Under the pieces are notes generated by a model. The model searched no databases. It was given only the letters and a program-made list of their open reading frames with translations, and had not been told where the DNA came from. 64,000 nt of DNA. Source: Blepharisma stoltei ATCC 30299 (lineage: Eukaryota; Protista; Ciliophora). The DNA lies in NCBI GenBank assembly GCA_965603825.1, contig CBFDEM010000047.1:124001-188000 (forward strand), in the 5' to 3' direction. A program made the translations under genes and the position numbers. Below are positions 37,340 through 48,902 of the stretch, piece by piece (the first letter of the stretch is position 1; every line of letters starts with the position of its first letter).

Positions 37340-39967
37340 TTATTGCTTATTAAAGATATGCTTACCACCTTCAAAAGTTTTACAAGACTGATACTTTCTA
37401 ATTTCTTTGCAATAATCAATAAGGCTTCTCCATTTGAGATTACTTGACAAGCAAGCTTCATTTCCAATGGCGTACATTCCATACTTCGCTCTGCTGATAG
37501 CTACATTCATTCTCCTCTCATCTTTAAGGAATCCAATTGTTTTTCCAGATCTAACAGCACTAAAAATGACGACGTCTACTTCTCTTCCTTGGAAACCATC
37601 CACAGAACTTACTTCACAATTTTTTTTCCAAGAATCTCCATATCTTTTAAATAATAATTTTTCAATATGCCGAACTTGTCCTTGATAAGGAGAAATTATT
37701 CCTATATGAGCGTCATTGTTACCAATTCTCTTTCTAAGCAATGCATAGGCACTTAATACAAACTGAGCTTCAGAGTCGTTAAAATAGCTCATAGAGTCAT
37801 TTGCCATTACTTCTTTGGACTTGGTAAGATTAAAAAAGAATAGCCCTTCAGGATATACCCATTTTGGTATAAGACGAGATTTTATACTATTCCCGGTCTG
37901 GATTTGATTTTTATAAAATGTTTTGCTGGTAAAATCGCTGATTTCTTTTACCATTCTGTACTGTTCTCTTAATAGTGAAGGGTTAATGCTGCAAGACATC
38001 ATCCTTTCAAAAAAGGATCTATCATATTTGTTTATTTTTGATTTTTCTGAAAAAGTTGTGGCTGGGAGCTGCTTGGGATCTCCAATTAGTATGACTGACT
38101 TAGGATTATATTGAAATGGGATAAGAGTACTAAGCTCTAAACTTTGACAGGCTTCATCGATAATTAGATAGTCAACTGAGTTGATATTTTGCGTGACTAT
38201 ATAAGAGCCAGCTCCGCTTAAGGTACAAAAAATAACATCTGCAGCCCTGATTGTTTCAGCTTTGTATAGCTCTTTTTTATAAAAATACTTGGATTTTAGT
38301 TTTTTCAACTCTTTAAGATCGTCAGAAAGTAAATTGAATTCAGTTTCAAGATCTTCCATAGCATCATATTTTGCTCCTTTTTGCAGCTTTTCCATTTGTT
38401 TTTCTATTTTTTCCAGTTTTCCAATTATTTTTGTTATGTCTAATGAAGGGTCATAGAGACCTTCTTCATTTAGCTTTTTTTCAACAATCACGTTCAATTT
38501 AATAGAACTTATGCTCATTTCTATTTCGCTTGCAGTTTTCACTTCTTCTTCAACACCCAACTCATGCTTTTGTTTCTTTTCTCCAATCCTCAACAAAGAA
38601 ATATCATCTCTTTTATTCCCATTTATATCAAAAATTCCTTTTTTCAGTGTTGTTGAGGCAATTTCGTTGACTGCTGCATTACTTTGAGCGCAAATTAATA
38701 CCTTGGCATTTTCATTAATTGCATAGAGCCCTGATAAAATACCTACAACGGTTGTTGTTTTTCCAGTTCCAGGAGGCCCTTGAATTAGAGATATTTTTCC
38801 ATCAGAATTAATTGAATTTTTTATTGCTTTTACTTGAGACTTATTGTATTTATTTTGGATTGCTTTTGTAAATTCATTGGGGATAGTTTTCTCGCTACTT
38901 GGCTTGTATGTTTGAGGACAAAGAATTTGTTCTCTAAATGAAAACTGATCAATCTTATCAAGCACTGAAAATTCTCTCTTTAAAGATGTAACGTTCCCAA
39001 TGACTGTTATCATGTATTTTCTGTTATATTTGAGATCAGTTCCTCTATCTGCATTAAGAAAAATCTCAATTATTTCATGAGTTTTCTTTTTATTCCTCTC
39101 TATTCTTTTATTTATCAATCCTAAAGTCCAACAGACATTATAGTCAGTCAACTCTTCGAAATTTATAGGATATCTATTTTGTTCAGGTATGATTAAAACA
39201 ATATCATTTACGCACACCTCATTCTCAAATTTAGCTTCATTTGAGCCTTTAATTGATAGTGTGGCTAAATTCTCTTGCATTTTCAAGCTTAGAAGATAGT
39301 TATTTGACAGAAAAGCTTCGTCTAAGGCTTGCCTTAGAATTGCGTCAAATTCTATATAAAATGCAGGCTCGAAATGAGATCTGTAAACAGATGTGTTTTC
39401 GAATGTTTTTGGTATTGCTGTTGGCTTAATCTTTGGTAGAAGAGGGCTGTAGGTCAGAATAAATGTGATAAATTCTGAGTAGACTGTTGTAAAATCTGGA
39501 GAGATTTCAGGAAAATCAGTAGCAGGTATAATGCTTTGAGAAAAATCTGTCCTTTTCTTCGCCTTTTTTCATTTTTTTTGATTTTTTCTTTGATTGGATT
39601 TTTTTGGAGCGTTGCTGCAATTGGCTAGAGCGGCAACACTATTAAAACTACTTTCAGATTTATATTGAATAGGAGTAATGATGCTTAAATCCAAGGTATC
39701 TGAACTAGCAGTTGAGCTTTCGTCAAAATTTATGCAATGATGAGGTCTAGCTGTCCCAAACTTGTTTGGATCATTATTTAAGATGTGAGATTCATTAGTG
39801 CTTGGTTTTCTAGAGTTGAACAAGTTTTCATCTGAGTTGTCTAAGTCAGAGAATCTTTCTAGTTTACCATCTGATCGCTGAATTTCTATCTCTGGACGAA
39901 GCAAACTAGATGCTTTCTCTGAACTCGGCTTCTCAGAATCTAGTGATTTTAATAAAGACCCCATCAT
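37340..39967 (-). CDS. Sen1/Upf1-like SF1B helicase copy 2, intact (~875 aa)
   Basis: (M)MGSLLKS start; reads through TGA 39569-39571 into the 648-aa ORF; all SF1B motifs present. Confidence 0.92.
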
Positions 39968-40011
39968 ATTGTTTATAATGGAATGATTTTTTTGACTTAA
40001 AAATATGACAA

Positions 40012-40019
40012 TTCGGGAA
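40012..40019 (-). promoter_or_regulatory. TTCGGGAA upstream motif (helicase copy 2)
   Basis: 45-48 nt upstream of the ATG. Confidence 0.55.
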
Positions 40020-40147
40020 TAATTGCCATTATCAAGCTAACGGCATATAGTAAAGCGAGTAAAGAAAAATTGACTTTTATGAATAAATGAGGTAAAGTAA
40101 ATAGACGCATTCAGGAAGATACACAAGATGATTTATATAAAGTAAGA

Positions 40148-43100
40148 TTAATTATACTTTGGCTTATTGAAAATATATTTCAAGTCATCAAAAGAGCGGC
40201 AAGGCTCATATTTGTTTAATTCCTTGGAATAGTCAATCAAACTTTTCCATTTAGGGTTATTCGATAAACGAGCTTCATTACCAATAGCATAAATTCCATA
40301 TTTCGCTCTGCTTATAGCTACGTTCATTCTTCTCTCGTCTCTGAGAAACCCAATTTTTTCGGATCTGACAGTGCTAAGAATAACTAAATCGACTTCTCTT
40401 CCCTGGAAACCGTCAACTGAGCTGACTTCACATTTTTTTTTTCATGAATTCCCAAACCTATAGTATAATAACTCCTCAATATGTTGAACTTGTCCTTTAT
40501 AAGGAGAAATAATCCCTATATGAGCATTCGTATTATAAGTTCTCTTTCTGAGAAATGCATAAATATTAATAACAAAATTTGCCTCAGATGCATTATAATA
40601 GCTTAAAGAGTTTTCTGCTTTCATTTCTTCAGAAGTCTCAAGATTAAAAAACAATAAACCAACAGGGTATATCCAATTTGGTATTTTTCTATAAATTATA
40701 CTTTTTGGGCATTGAATTTGGTTGTTATAAAAGGTCTTGCTAGTGAAATCACTAATTTCTCTTATCATCCTATATTGCTGGCATAGGAGAACTGGCCTTA
40801 TGTTACATTCCATCATTCTTTCAAAAAAAGATCTATCATAATTATTATTTTTTGAAATTTCTGAAAATGTTGTTGCTGGCAGCTGTTTGGGATCTCCAAT
40901 TAATATAACAGATTTCGGATTATATTGAAAAGGTATCAATGTGCTAAGTTCGAGACTTTGGCAAGCTTCATCAATGATTAAATAATCAATTGAGTCAATG
41001 TTTTGCACAACAGCCATTGAGCCTGATCCGCTTAAAGTGCAAAATATGACATTTTTAGATTTTAAGATCTCTATTTTAAACTTTGTTTTCATAGAAAAAT
41101 AGGTTGATCTTTGTATTTTTAATTTTTTTAATATATCCGAGAGAATAATAAATTCATTTTGAATTTCTTCCATTGCTTTATATTCTCCTCTTTTTTGCAG
41201 TTCTTCAAGTCTTTTTTCTAATTTCTCAAGTTTTTCAATTAATTTTTTTATTTCAGAGGTTGGATCGCTAAGACCTTCAGCCCTAAGTTTTTCTTCTACC
41301 AAAACATTTAGTTTGATAGAATGTATACTCACTTCTATTTCCTTAGCAGTTTTCACTTCTTCCCCTACGCCTAGTTCATGCTTTTGCCTCTTTTCTCCAA
41401 TCCTTAATAAAGAAATATCATCTCTTGTATTTCCATCTAAACCAAAAATTCCTTTTCTCAATACTGTTGAAGCAATTTCATCAACAGCTGCATTACTTTG
41501 TGCGCAAACTAACACCCTGATATTTTTATTAGCTGCATAGAGTCCAGATAAAATTCCCACGACAGTATTTGTTTTTCCAGTTCCAGGAGGCCCTTGAATT
41601 AAAGATATTTTGTTTTCTGAATTCATCGAACTAGCAATCGCTTTTATTTGAGATTTGTTATATTTGTTATTTAAAAGAATTTCCTTAAGCTTGAAAATGA
41701 TGGCATCTTCAGCTAAATCGCATTGTTGTGGGCAAAGGATTTGGTCTTTCAGAGAATAGCATTTAAGCTTTTCCAGCACCGAAAATTCTCTCTTTAAAGA
41801 TGTGATATTTCCAATAATTGCGACGATGTATTTTTTTGAGTGTTTAAATTGACTTTCTCTACATGTATTAAGTAAAATATTGAATTCATTTTTTTTATCC
41901 TGATTTATCAATCCTAGTATCCACGGAATATTTTCTTTTTTAATCTCTTGGAAATTTGTAGGAAAATTATTTTGACTGGGGATTATAATAACAATGTCAT
42001 TTATTTGGATTTCATTTTCAAATTTCATTTCACTAGAGCCAATAGGGGATAAAGCTGCTCAGTTTGATTCCATTTTAAGATTTAATCGATATTTATAGGA
42101 TAGAAAAGCTTCTTCTAATGCTTGATTTAAAATAGCACCCATTTCAATATAAAATGCATGCTCAAAATGAGAACTGTAGATAGATAAGTCCTGGAATATA
42201 TTGGGGAGAAGAATTGTCATGGATCTTGGCTGGGGGAGGCTATATTAAAGGATAAATGAGATAAATTCTGAATAAGTATTTGATTGGGAGGAATCTGATG
42301 AAGAGTCAGAAAAGTCCTTGCCGGGTTTATAAGACTTTGGGGAATGACATCTACTTTCTCTTTTTATAGAAGATCCTCTTCATCTTCCTCTTCCTCTTCC
42401 TCGTCTTTGATTCGGGCTTGGACTAGATCTCTCTGAACTATAATTGTGAATATTTTGTTTCTTAGCAGCAGCATTTAAATCACTTATAGGTCTATATTGA
42501 ATTGTGTCAGAGCAGACAGAAGACCTACAGCTTGAAATATATGAATTGCTGGAGGAGTCATAATCCGAAGGCGGATAATTCACGGTGAACATAGGTGAGC
42601 TTTTTTCTGGCCATTTATTAGTTGTAGACTTGGTTTCATATTTTTCAGTCAATGTGGAATAATTAGCTTCAACTTTAACTTGCTCAGAATAATGACTAGT
42701 GTACAAATTAGAAGATTGATTAGAAACTTTAGGAGATGGGATTGCAACTGTAGAAGGTTGATTTTGGAAAGAGTTTGCGACTGAATACTGATTTTTAGAT
42801 TGAGTAGTGGAATTTGCAGATTTTAATGAGTCAGTATTAATTGAAAATGTAGGGCTCTTAGCTTGGCTTTGTATAGCTGTAGCTTGATTTTGCAAAGTGT
42901 ATAATTCTTGACGATGATTTCTAGATGAAGTAGCAGGAGCTATAAGATGAAGTGAGCTACTATTCATCGGAGCTTCTGGGATCTTAACTTGATTGAGTGC
43001 AGTTTTAGTAGGCAAAGATTGGGTGTTGGGCACATTAGCAGGGTTTATGCGTCTACATAAGTTTTTATCAATTGGTGATAAAGCGCTACTTGCCAGCTTT

Positions 43101-43309
43101 AGCTGAGTATTTATATCTGAACCTCGATTTCTAGATAAGATAATTTGATCTATAAATTTATGAGGTCGATTCCTCATTAGTAATGCATATGGAGAAAGTC
43201 CTTCTGGTTTGAGATACGGATGCTGACTAATTTTATTTAATCTTTGTGGCGCAGGTTTTTTCTCTACTTGATTCTTATTTTTATTCTCTGATCCCAATCA
43301 ATTTCCCAT
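40148..43309 (-). pseudogene. Sen1/Upf1-like SF1B helicase copy 3 with one in-frame TAA
   Basis: Starts MGN(W)LGS at 43309; single frame of 1054 codons with UGA-Trp; TAA 42245-42247 where paralogues have Ser/Thr (FIL-S-YS). Confidence 0.75.
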
Positions 43310-43738
43310 AGGAAATTCACTTAAATATAAAATTCATTTTTTGGAATAAATATCGATTTAGGAAAATAGACTGCCGCTAATAAGCTATTGGGTAATTTAT
43401 ACTGATATTAGATAATATTATACACTCATACCAACAACCCTGCTAAATTTTGCTTAGAATTTACTCAAATATATATAAACGCAAAATCAATAAACAAATA
43501 ATTAACCTTTCTAGCTCATTCTTTATTTCCTTTTTAATTTTCAAACCTTCAAAGCAAAGCGTTTTAAATAGATTTTATGAAATCTATTCCGATGCTTGAA
43601 CCCTAATGTCTAGGGCTGAATTGTGCAGAAGAGATAGTTAGTTTCATAATGAATTATATGGCTCATTGATGATAATTGAAATTAAAGAAATTCCACATGC
43701 TTATAATTTAAAGGCTATAAGATGCATTAAATTTCAGA

Positions 43739-46521
43739 TTAATAATACTTTGTGTTATTGAAAAACAATGTCACGTCCTTAAAATATCTGCACGACTCGT
43801 ATTTGTTTGACTTTTTACAATACTCAATGAAGCTCTTCCATTTAGGATTACTTGATAAGCAAGCTTCATTCCCAACGGCATATATTCCATATTTTGCTCT
43901 GCTTATAGCTACGTTCATTCTTCTTTCGTCCCTAAGAAACCCAATGCTTTCAGACCTTACAGCACTAAGAATAACTAAATCAACTTCTCTTCCTTGGAAA
44001 CCATCAACTGAACTGATTTCACAATTTTTTTTCCAAGAACTCCCAAAATTTTCATATAATAAATCTTTTATATACTGAACTTGTCCTTTATAAGGAGAAA
44101 TTATCCCTATACGAGCATTTCTATTGCAAATCCTATTCCCCAGTAATGAGTATAGTCTATATACAAAATCTGCTTCAGATTCATTATAGTAGCTCAAAGA
44201 GTCTTCTGCTTTCGTTTCTTCAGATGTTTCAAGATTAAAAAATAACGTTCCAGTAGGGTAAATTCAATCAGGTGTTTTTCGAAGCATAACACTTTGTGAG
44301 CATTGAATTTGGTTTTTGTAGAAAGTTTCACTGATGAAATCGCTAATTTCTTTTGTCATTCTATATTGAACACTTAATACCAGGGGTCTTATATTACATT
44401 TCATCATTCTTTCAAAAAAGGATCTGTCATACTTACTAGTTTTCGAGATATTTGAAAAAGTTGTTGCTGGAAGCTGCTTGGGGTCTCCAATCAATATTAC
44501 TGACCTTGGATTATATTGAAAAGGTATTAGGGCACTAAGTTCTAAGCTTTGGCAAGCTTCATCTACAATCAAATAATCAACTGAATTAATATTTTGCACA
44601 ACGATATTGAGCCTGCCCCACTTAATGTGCAAAAAACAATATCTGCAGCTCTTATTAATTCTGCCATATATATAGTTTTCTTGGAAAAATAAAGTGTTCT
44701 TTTCTCTTTTAAACTCTCTACTTTGCAAGAAAGTTCTTCAATTTTTATTTCGATTTCCACAGTGCCATATTTTGCTCTTTTTTCCACCAACTCTTTATAT
44801 TGTTCTTCTAATTTTTCAAGTTTTTCAATTAATTTTTTAATATTAAAAGTTGGATCGTAGAGGTCTTCTTTATTAAGCTTTTCTTCTACTAAAACATTTA
44901 TTTTAATAGAATTTATGCCCATTTCTATTTCTTTCGAAGTTTTAATATCTTCTTCAACTCCGAGTTCATGCTTTTGTCTTTTTTCTCCAACTCTCAATAA
45001 AGAAATATCGCTTCTTTTATTGCCATCTTCATCCAAAATTCCTTCTTTTAAAACTGTCCATGCAATTTCGTCTACCGCTGCATTACTTTGAGCGCAAATT
45101 AATACCTTTAATTTTCTATTATAAGCATAGAGCCCAGATAAAATCCCTGCCACTGTTCTTGTTTTTCCAGTTCCAGGAGGTCCTTGAATTAAAGCGATTT
45201 TGCCATCAGAATTGATTGAAGTTACAATAGCTTCTAACTGAGACTGATTATATTTATCTTGAATATTTTCTGTAAGTCTACATTTTATTAGCGGTTCATA
45301 CCATTGAGGGCTTAAAATCTGTCTGAGCAGTGAAAAGCGCTTAATCTTATCAAGCACTGACAGTTCTCTCTTTAGCGATGTAATATTTCCGATTATTGCT
45401 GCTATATAAATTTTTGAATTTTTAAACTGAGCTTCTCTGTCTGGGCTGAGTAAAATATTAATTTTGTTTACTTTGTTTTGGTCTATCAACCCTAGAATCC
45501 AAGAAATATTGTTTTCTTTAATTTCTTCGAAATTTCTTGGAAACTTATTTTGATTAGGAATGATAATGATAATATCATTAATTTGGATTTCATTTTCGAA
45601 ATTTAATTCACTAGAGCTTGAAGGTGATAAAGAGGCATGGTTATTCTCTACGTGAAGATTTAAGCGATATTTATTTGAAAGAAAGGCTTCTTCTAAGGCT
45701 TGGTCTAAAATGGCATTTAATTCAGTATAAAATCCATGCCTAAAATAATGGATATAGCTAGGTATATCATTAAATGAGTTTGGAATTATAATGGGTTCGG
45801 ATTTTGGCCTGTAGAGACTGTATGAAAGGATAAATGTAATAAATTCAGAATAAATTTTTGATGGCGCTGATGAATCTGGAGTGGAGCCAGAAATATTGCT
45901 GTTTGGTTTTATGGGCTTTTGAGATTTATTTATGCTTTTGATAGGGAGTTTACTATTTGCTACTGCTTTTCTCACTGGACTATTATTGCTGAGATTTTTG
46001 TAGTTAACAACATTTTTCAAATTGCTTACTGGTTTATATTGTGCAAAGCTATATGAAGCTGAAGAGCTATCGCTAGAAGTGTCCAAAAAGCAGGAGTAGT
46101 CAGAGTCTAAAGGCACATAATCTGGATTATATTTGGTTCATCTATTAGTTTTTGTAGACGGGGCTTCATGTTTTTGAGGTGATGTATGATAAGTAGGAAG
46201 AGCCGGGAATTCAAAGAGATTCATCTGATATTTTGCATCATTTTTAGCGGGATCATAGCTATGCAAATTGGTGCTTCTAGCAGATGGATATGCATATCGA
46301 GCAGAATTTCTAACCTGATTTTGTAAGGTGTTTGGCCTAGATCATAAATTGCTAGATAAATTAGCAGAGTTGGATGGGCTATTTCGCATTGGTGTCACAT
46401 ATGCTGATGAATATTCTGACTCACTATATGAGGGCTGGTTGGATTTATTTAATTTTTCCTGCTCAATTTTCTGTCCTTCTTCATTCCTTTCTGAATCTGC
46501 TGATCCCAATAAGCACCCCAT
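43739..46521 (-). pseudogene. Sen1/Upf1-like SF1B helicase copy 4 with a 1-nt deletion
   Basis: Starts MGCLLGS at 46521; frameshift at ~44607 after CTLSGAGS, after which IVVQNINSVDY continues in another frame; TGA 44264-44266 is W in PDWIYP. Confidence 0.75.
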
Positions 46522-46570
46522 TAAAAATTTTATTAAAGATGCATATTTATTGTTTAGGTTACATATAGAT

Positions 46571-46578
46571 TTCGGGAA
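46571..46578 (-). promoter_or_regulatory. TTCGGGAA upstream motif (helicase copy 4)
   Basis: 50 nt upstream of the ATG; context ATTTCGGGAATATATAGCATTA is almost identical to copy 1. Confidence 0.55.
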
Positions 46579-46855
46579 TATATAGCATTAAAAATTCGGC
46601 ATCTTTTATAACTATTTTAGGTAAACATTTATAATTTATCAAAATCCATAATAATTACTTTTAGCTGTCTTATTATTTTATATATTGTTTTTCAAAATTA
46701 TTATAAATATCACTGTATTCTATAATTAAAATTATATTATATTTAGTAAATTTTTCCATTCTGCTCTAAAATTAAAAATTAAATAAATTTGATGCTAAAT
46801 TTATTATTTAATTTTAATTTTGAACAACTAAATTGAATTAATAAAATAATTAAAT

Positions 46856-47731
46856 TTACAACTTTGTTACTAAAACATCCAGCCTGTTCCATTCAAACTT
46901 CTTAAAAAGTTCAAATTCTGTGTAAGAGAACCCAGCTGTACATGTTTCTTGTTGTGTTCCTCCATCCTTTCCATATGCTACATATTGATACCAGCAATCA
47001 ATAAAGCCAAATCTCCTAGTGTTATATAAATTTTCCCCACACATGATACATTGGTGCTCCCCAATTTCATTCTCATTAACAAGATTAAATTTTCCTAATC
47101 CCTTGCTAATGCATACCGACTGCTTATAAGCAAGGCAATTTTGATTCATACAAATCCCTTCCTGAATTAATCCTGATTTTTTTATCTTCCAAGGACTAGG
47201 AGCACACCCTAAATGCTCACCTTGATAAAGTGCATGCAAAACATGGCCTGATGGAAATTCGCAATTTTCATCAGACCTGAGTTCTAAGTCATCATAAACT
47301 AATTTACAATTGTGATTATTGCAACAGTTTTTTAAGTCTGAAATTGAGTCTTCTAGCTGTGAAATAGTAGACTCATTACATACTGAAATACAAATATTTG
47401 TATGTGTACAACAGTGGATTTTTACGTTTATCAATCTTGTGTTTTTTGCCTTAGGCTCGACATGCACAAAGATTTTTTCACCCTTTTTGATGAAAAGCTC
47501 TGATAAAGGGGTGAAGTCTTTGTGATAGTAAGTTTTTTCTCGGAATTTCAAGTTTATTGAATATCTGTGCCTACAAAATTCTGGCGACATAAATGTTTTT
47601 AATTCCTTGCAGAGAGACTTTATTGTAGTATTAGCTGGAACTTTTTGTATGTGCTTAGGGGTAGGAAAAAAGTGAGGATCGAATACAAAAGTTATGCTTT
47701 TTGTGAGCGAAGAGGCAGAACAGTTTCCCAT
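46856..47731 (-). CDS. protein with Ubl-like domains and a C-terminal Cys-rich (putative Zn-binding) domain
   Basis: Likely start MGNCSAS at 47731; two beta-grasp-like segments (NTTIKSL...TPLSELFIKKG; ESTISQLE...LVYDD), then PW....GL..EG.C.N..C.A....V....G......C.MC. Confidence 0.75.
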   Translation of the reverse strand: MGNCSASSLTKSITFVFDPHFFPTPKHIQKVPANTTIKSLCKELKTFMSPEFCRHRYSINLKFREKTYYHKDFTPLSELFIKKGEKIFVHVEPKAKNTRLINVKIHCCTHTNICISVCNESTISQLEDSISDLKNCCNNHNCKLVYDDLELRSDENCEFPSGHVLHALYQGEHLGCAPSPWKIKKSGLIQEGICMNQNCLAYKQSVCISKGLGKFNLVNENEIGEHQCIMCGENLYNTRRFGFIDCWYQYVAYGKDGGTQQETCTAGFSYTEFELFKKFEWNRLDVLVTKL

Positions 47732-48429
47732 AATTATTATCTGATGAATTAAATAAAAATTAATCAATTTTTATGGAAATCGAAAAATAAATAACTGGAA
47801 TCAGAAGTATCAATAAAGTAATCACCATGGGGTGTCAAGAGTAATAATCAGTGCAATTTTATGAAGATAATGCATAAAACGCATAAACATGAATTTCATT
47901 TTGTTTTTATTTAAATATTGTAAATAAATTTATTTATCATCAGATTTAATATGCTTTAAATTGATTTTCAATTGCAAGCAGTAAAACTTCATTTAATAAA
48001 GAAGCTAATTTTTCTCTCTATTTTTGATGAAAAAATGAAACAACATTTCTCAATTTAAAATTTAAATATTAAATTCAACAAAAGAGATTTCAAACTATTT
48101 ACCTTTACTAATATAATTGAATGCATTATATACATAATTTTTTTAGCATAACAGATATTGAGTAAGAGTATTACAATGCTGTTGCTATTTTTATTTTTCA
48201 ATTCAAGTTTCATACTGAATATGAGAATTTTAAGAAAAATTATGAAATGATTTATAATTTTAAAGCTTACATTTTTATTTATCAGTCTGTGCTTTATCAT
48301 TATATATTAATTTCATTACTTATTTCACTGCTGACCGCTGAATTCTATTGCATTTTTGCAAAATAGATACTCTAAATATTTCTTTTTCAAAAATGTGAAT
48401 TAATTATAAAATTTATTAAATCTTTCATA

Positions 48430-48837
48430 ATGGCTGATTTTCCATATCTTCGTGAGCGTTCGCTTTCTTCCATGGAATATGCCGAATACAAAAAAATCCG
48501 AGTCCACACATCAAGCCCAGAAATGCGTCCTTTAGAAGCGGTTGATTTTCCCCCTCCTATCTCATTAGCACCCTCAGAAATGGACACTTGCTCTCAAACT
48601 ATCCACAAACTCCTCAAGGAAAAAGAAGAAGACCAGCATTTAATCAAAATTTTAAAATCCCACTCTTTACAGCAAGTAAAAGAGTTAGAAGAGCTTCAAG
48701 AAAAATACAGCCAGCTTATGAGAGAATATGATGACTTGAACTCCCGATTAAAAGAGCCAAAAAATAAAGAAGGATTAATATACCAAGCAGTTCTTGCCAG
48801 AAGTAGGAGCAGCAGTTTAAATGAGAATGTAGAGTAA
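48430..48837 (+). CDS. hypothetical coiled-coil protein
   Basis: 135-aa intact ORF. Confidence 0.7.
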   Translation: MADFPYLRERSLSSMEYAEYKKIRVHTSSPEMRPLEAVDFPPPISLAPSEMDTCSQTIHKLLKEKEEDQHLIKILKSHSLQQVKELEELQEKYSQLMREYDDLNSRLKEPKNKEGLIYQAVLARSRSSSLNENVE

Positions 48838-48902
48838 TAAAAATAATTCACAAAAACTTAAGGAATTCCATTTTTTTGTTAGAAAGTAATAGTTTTTGGA
48901 AT

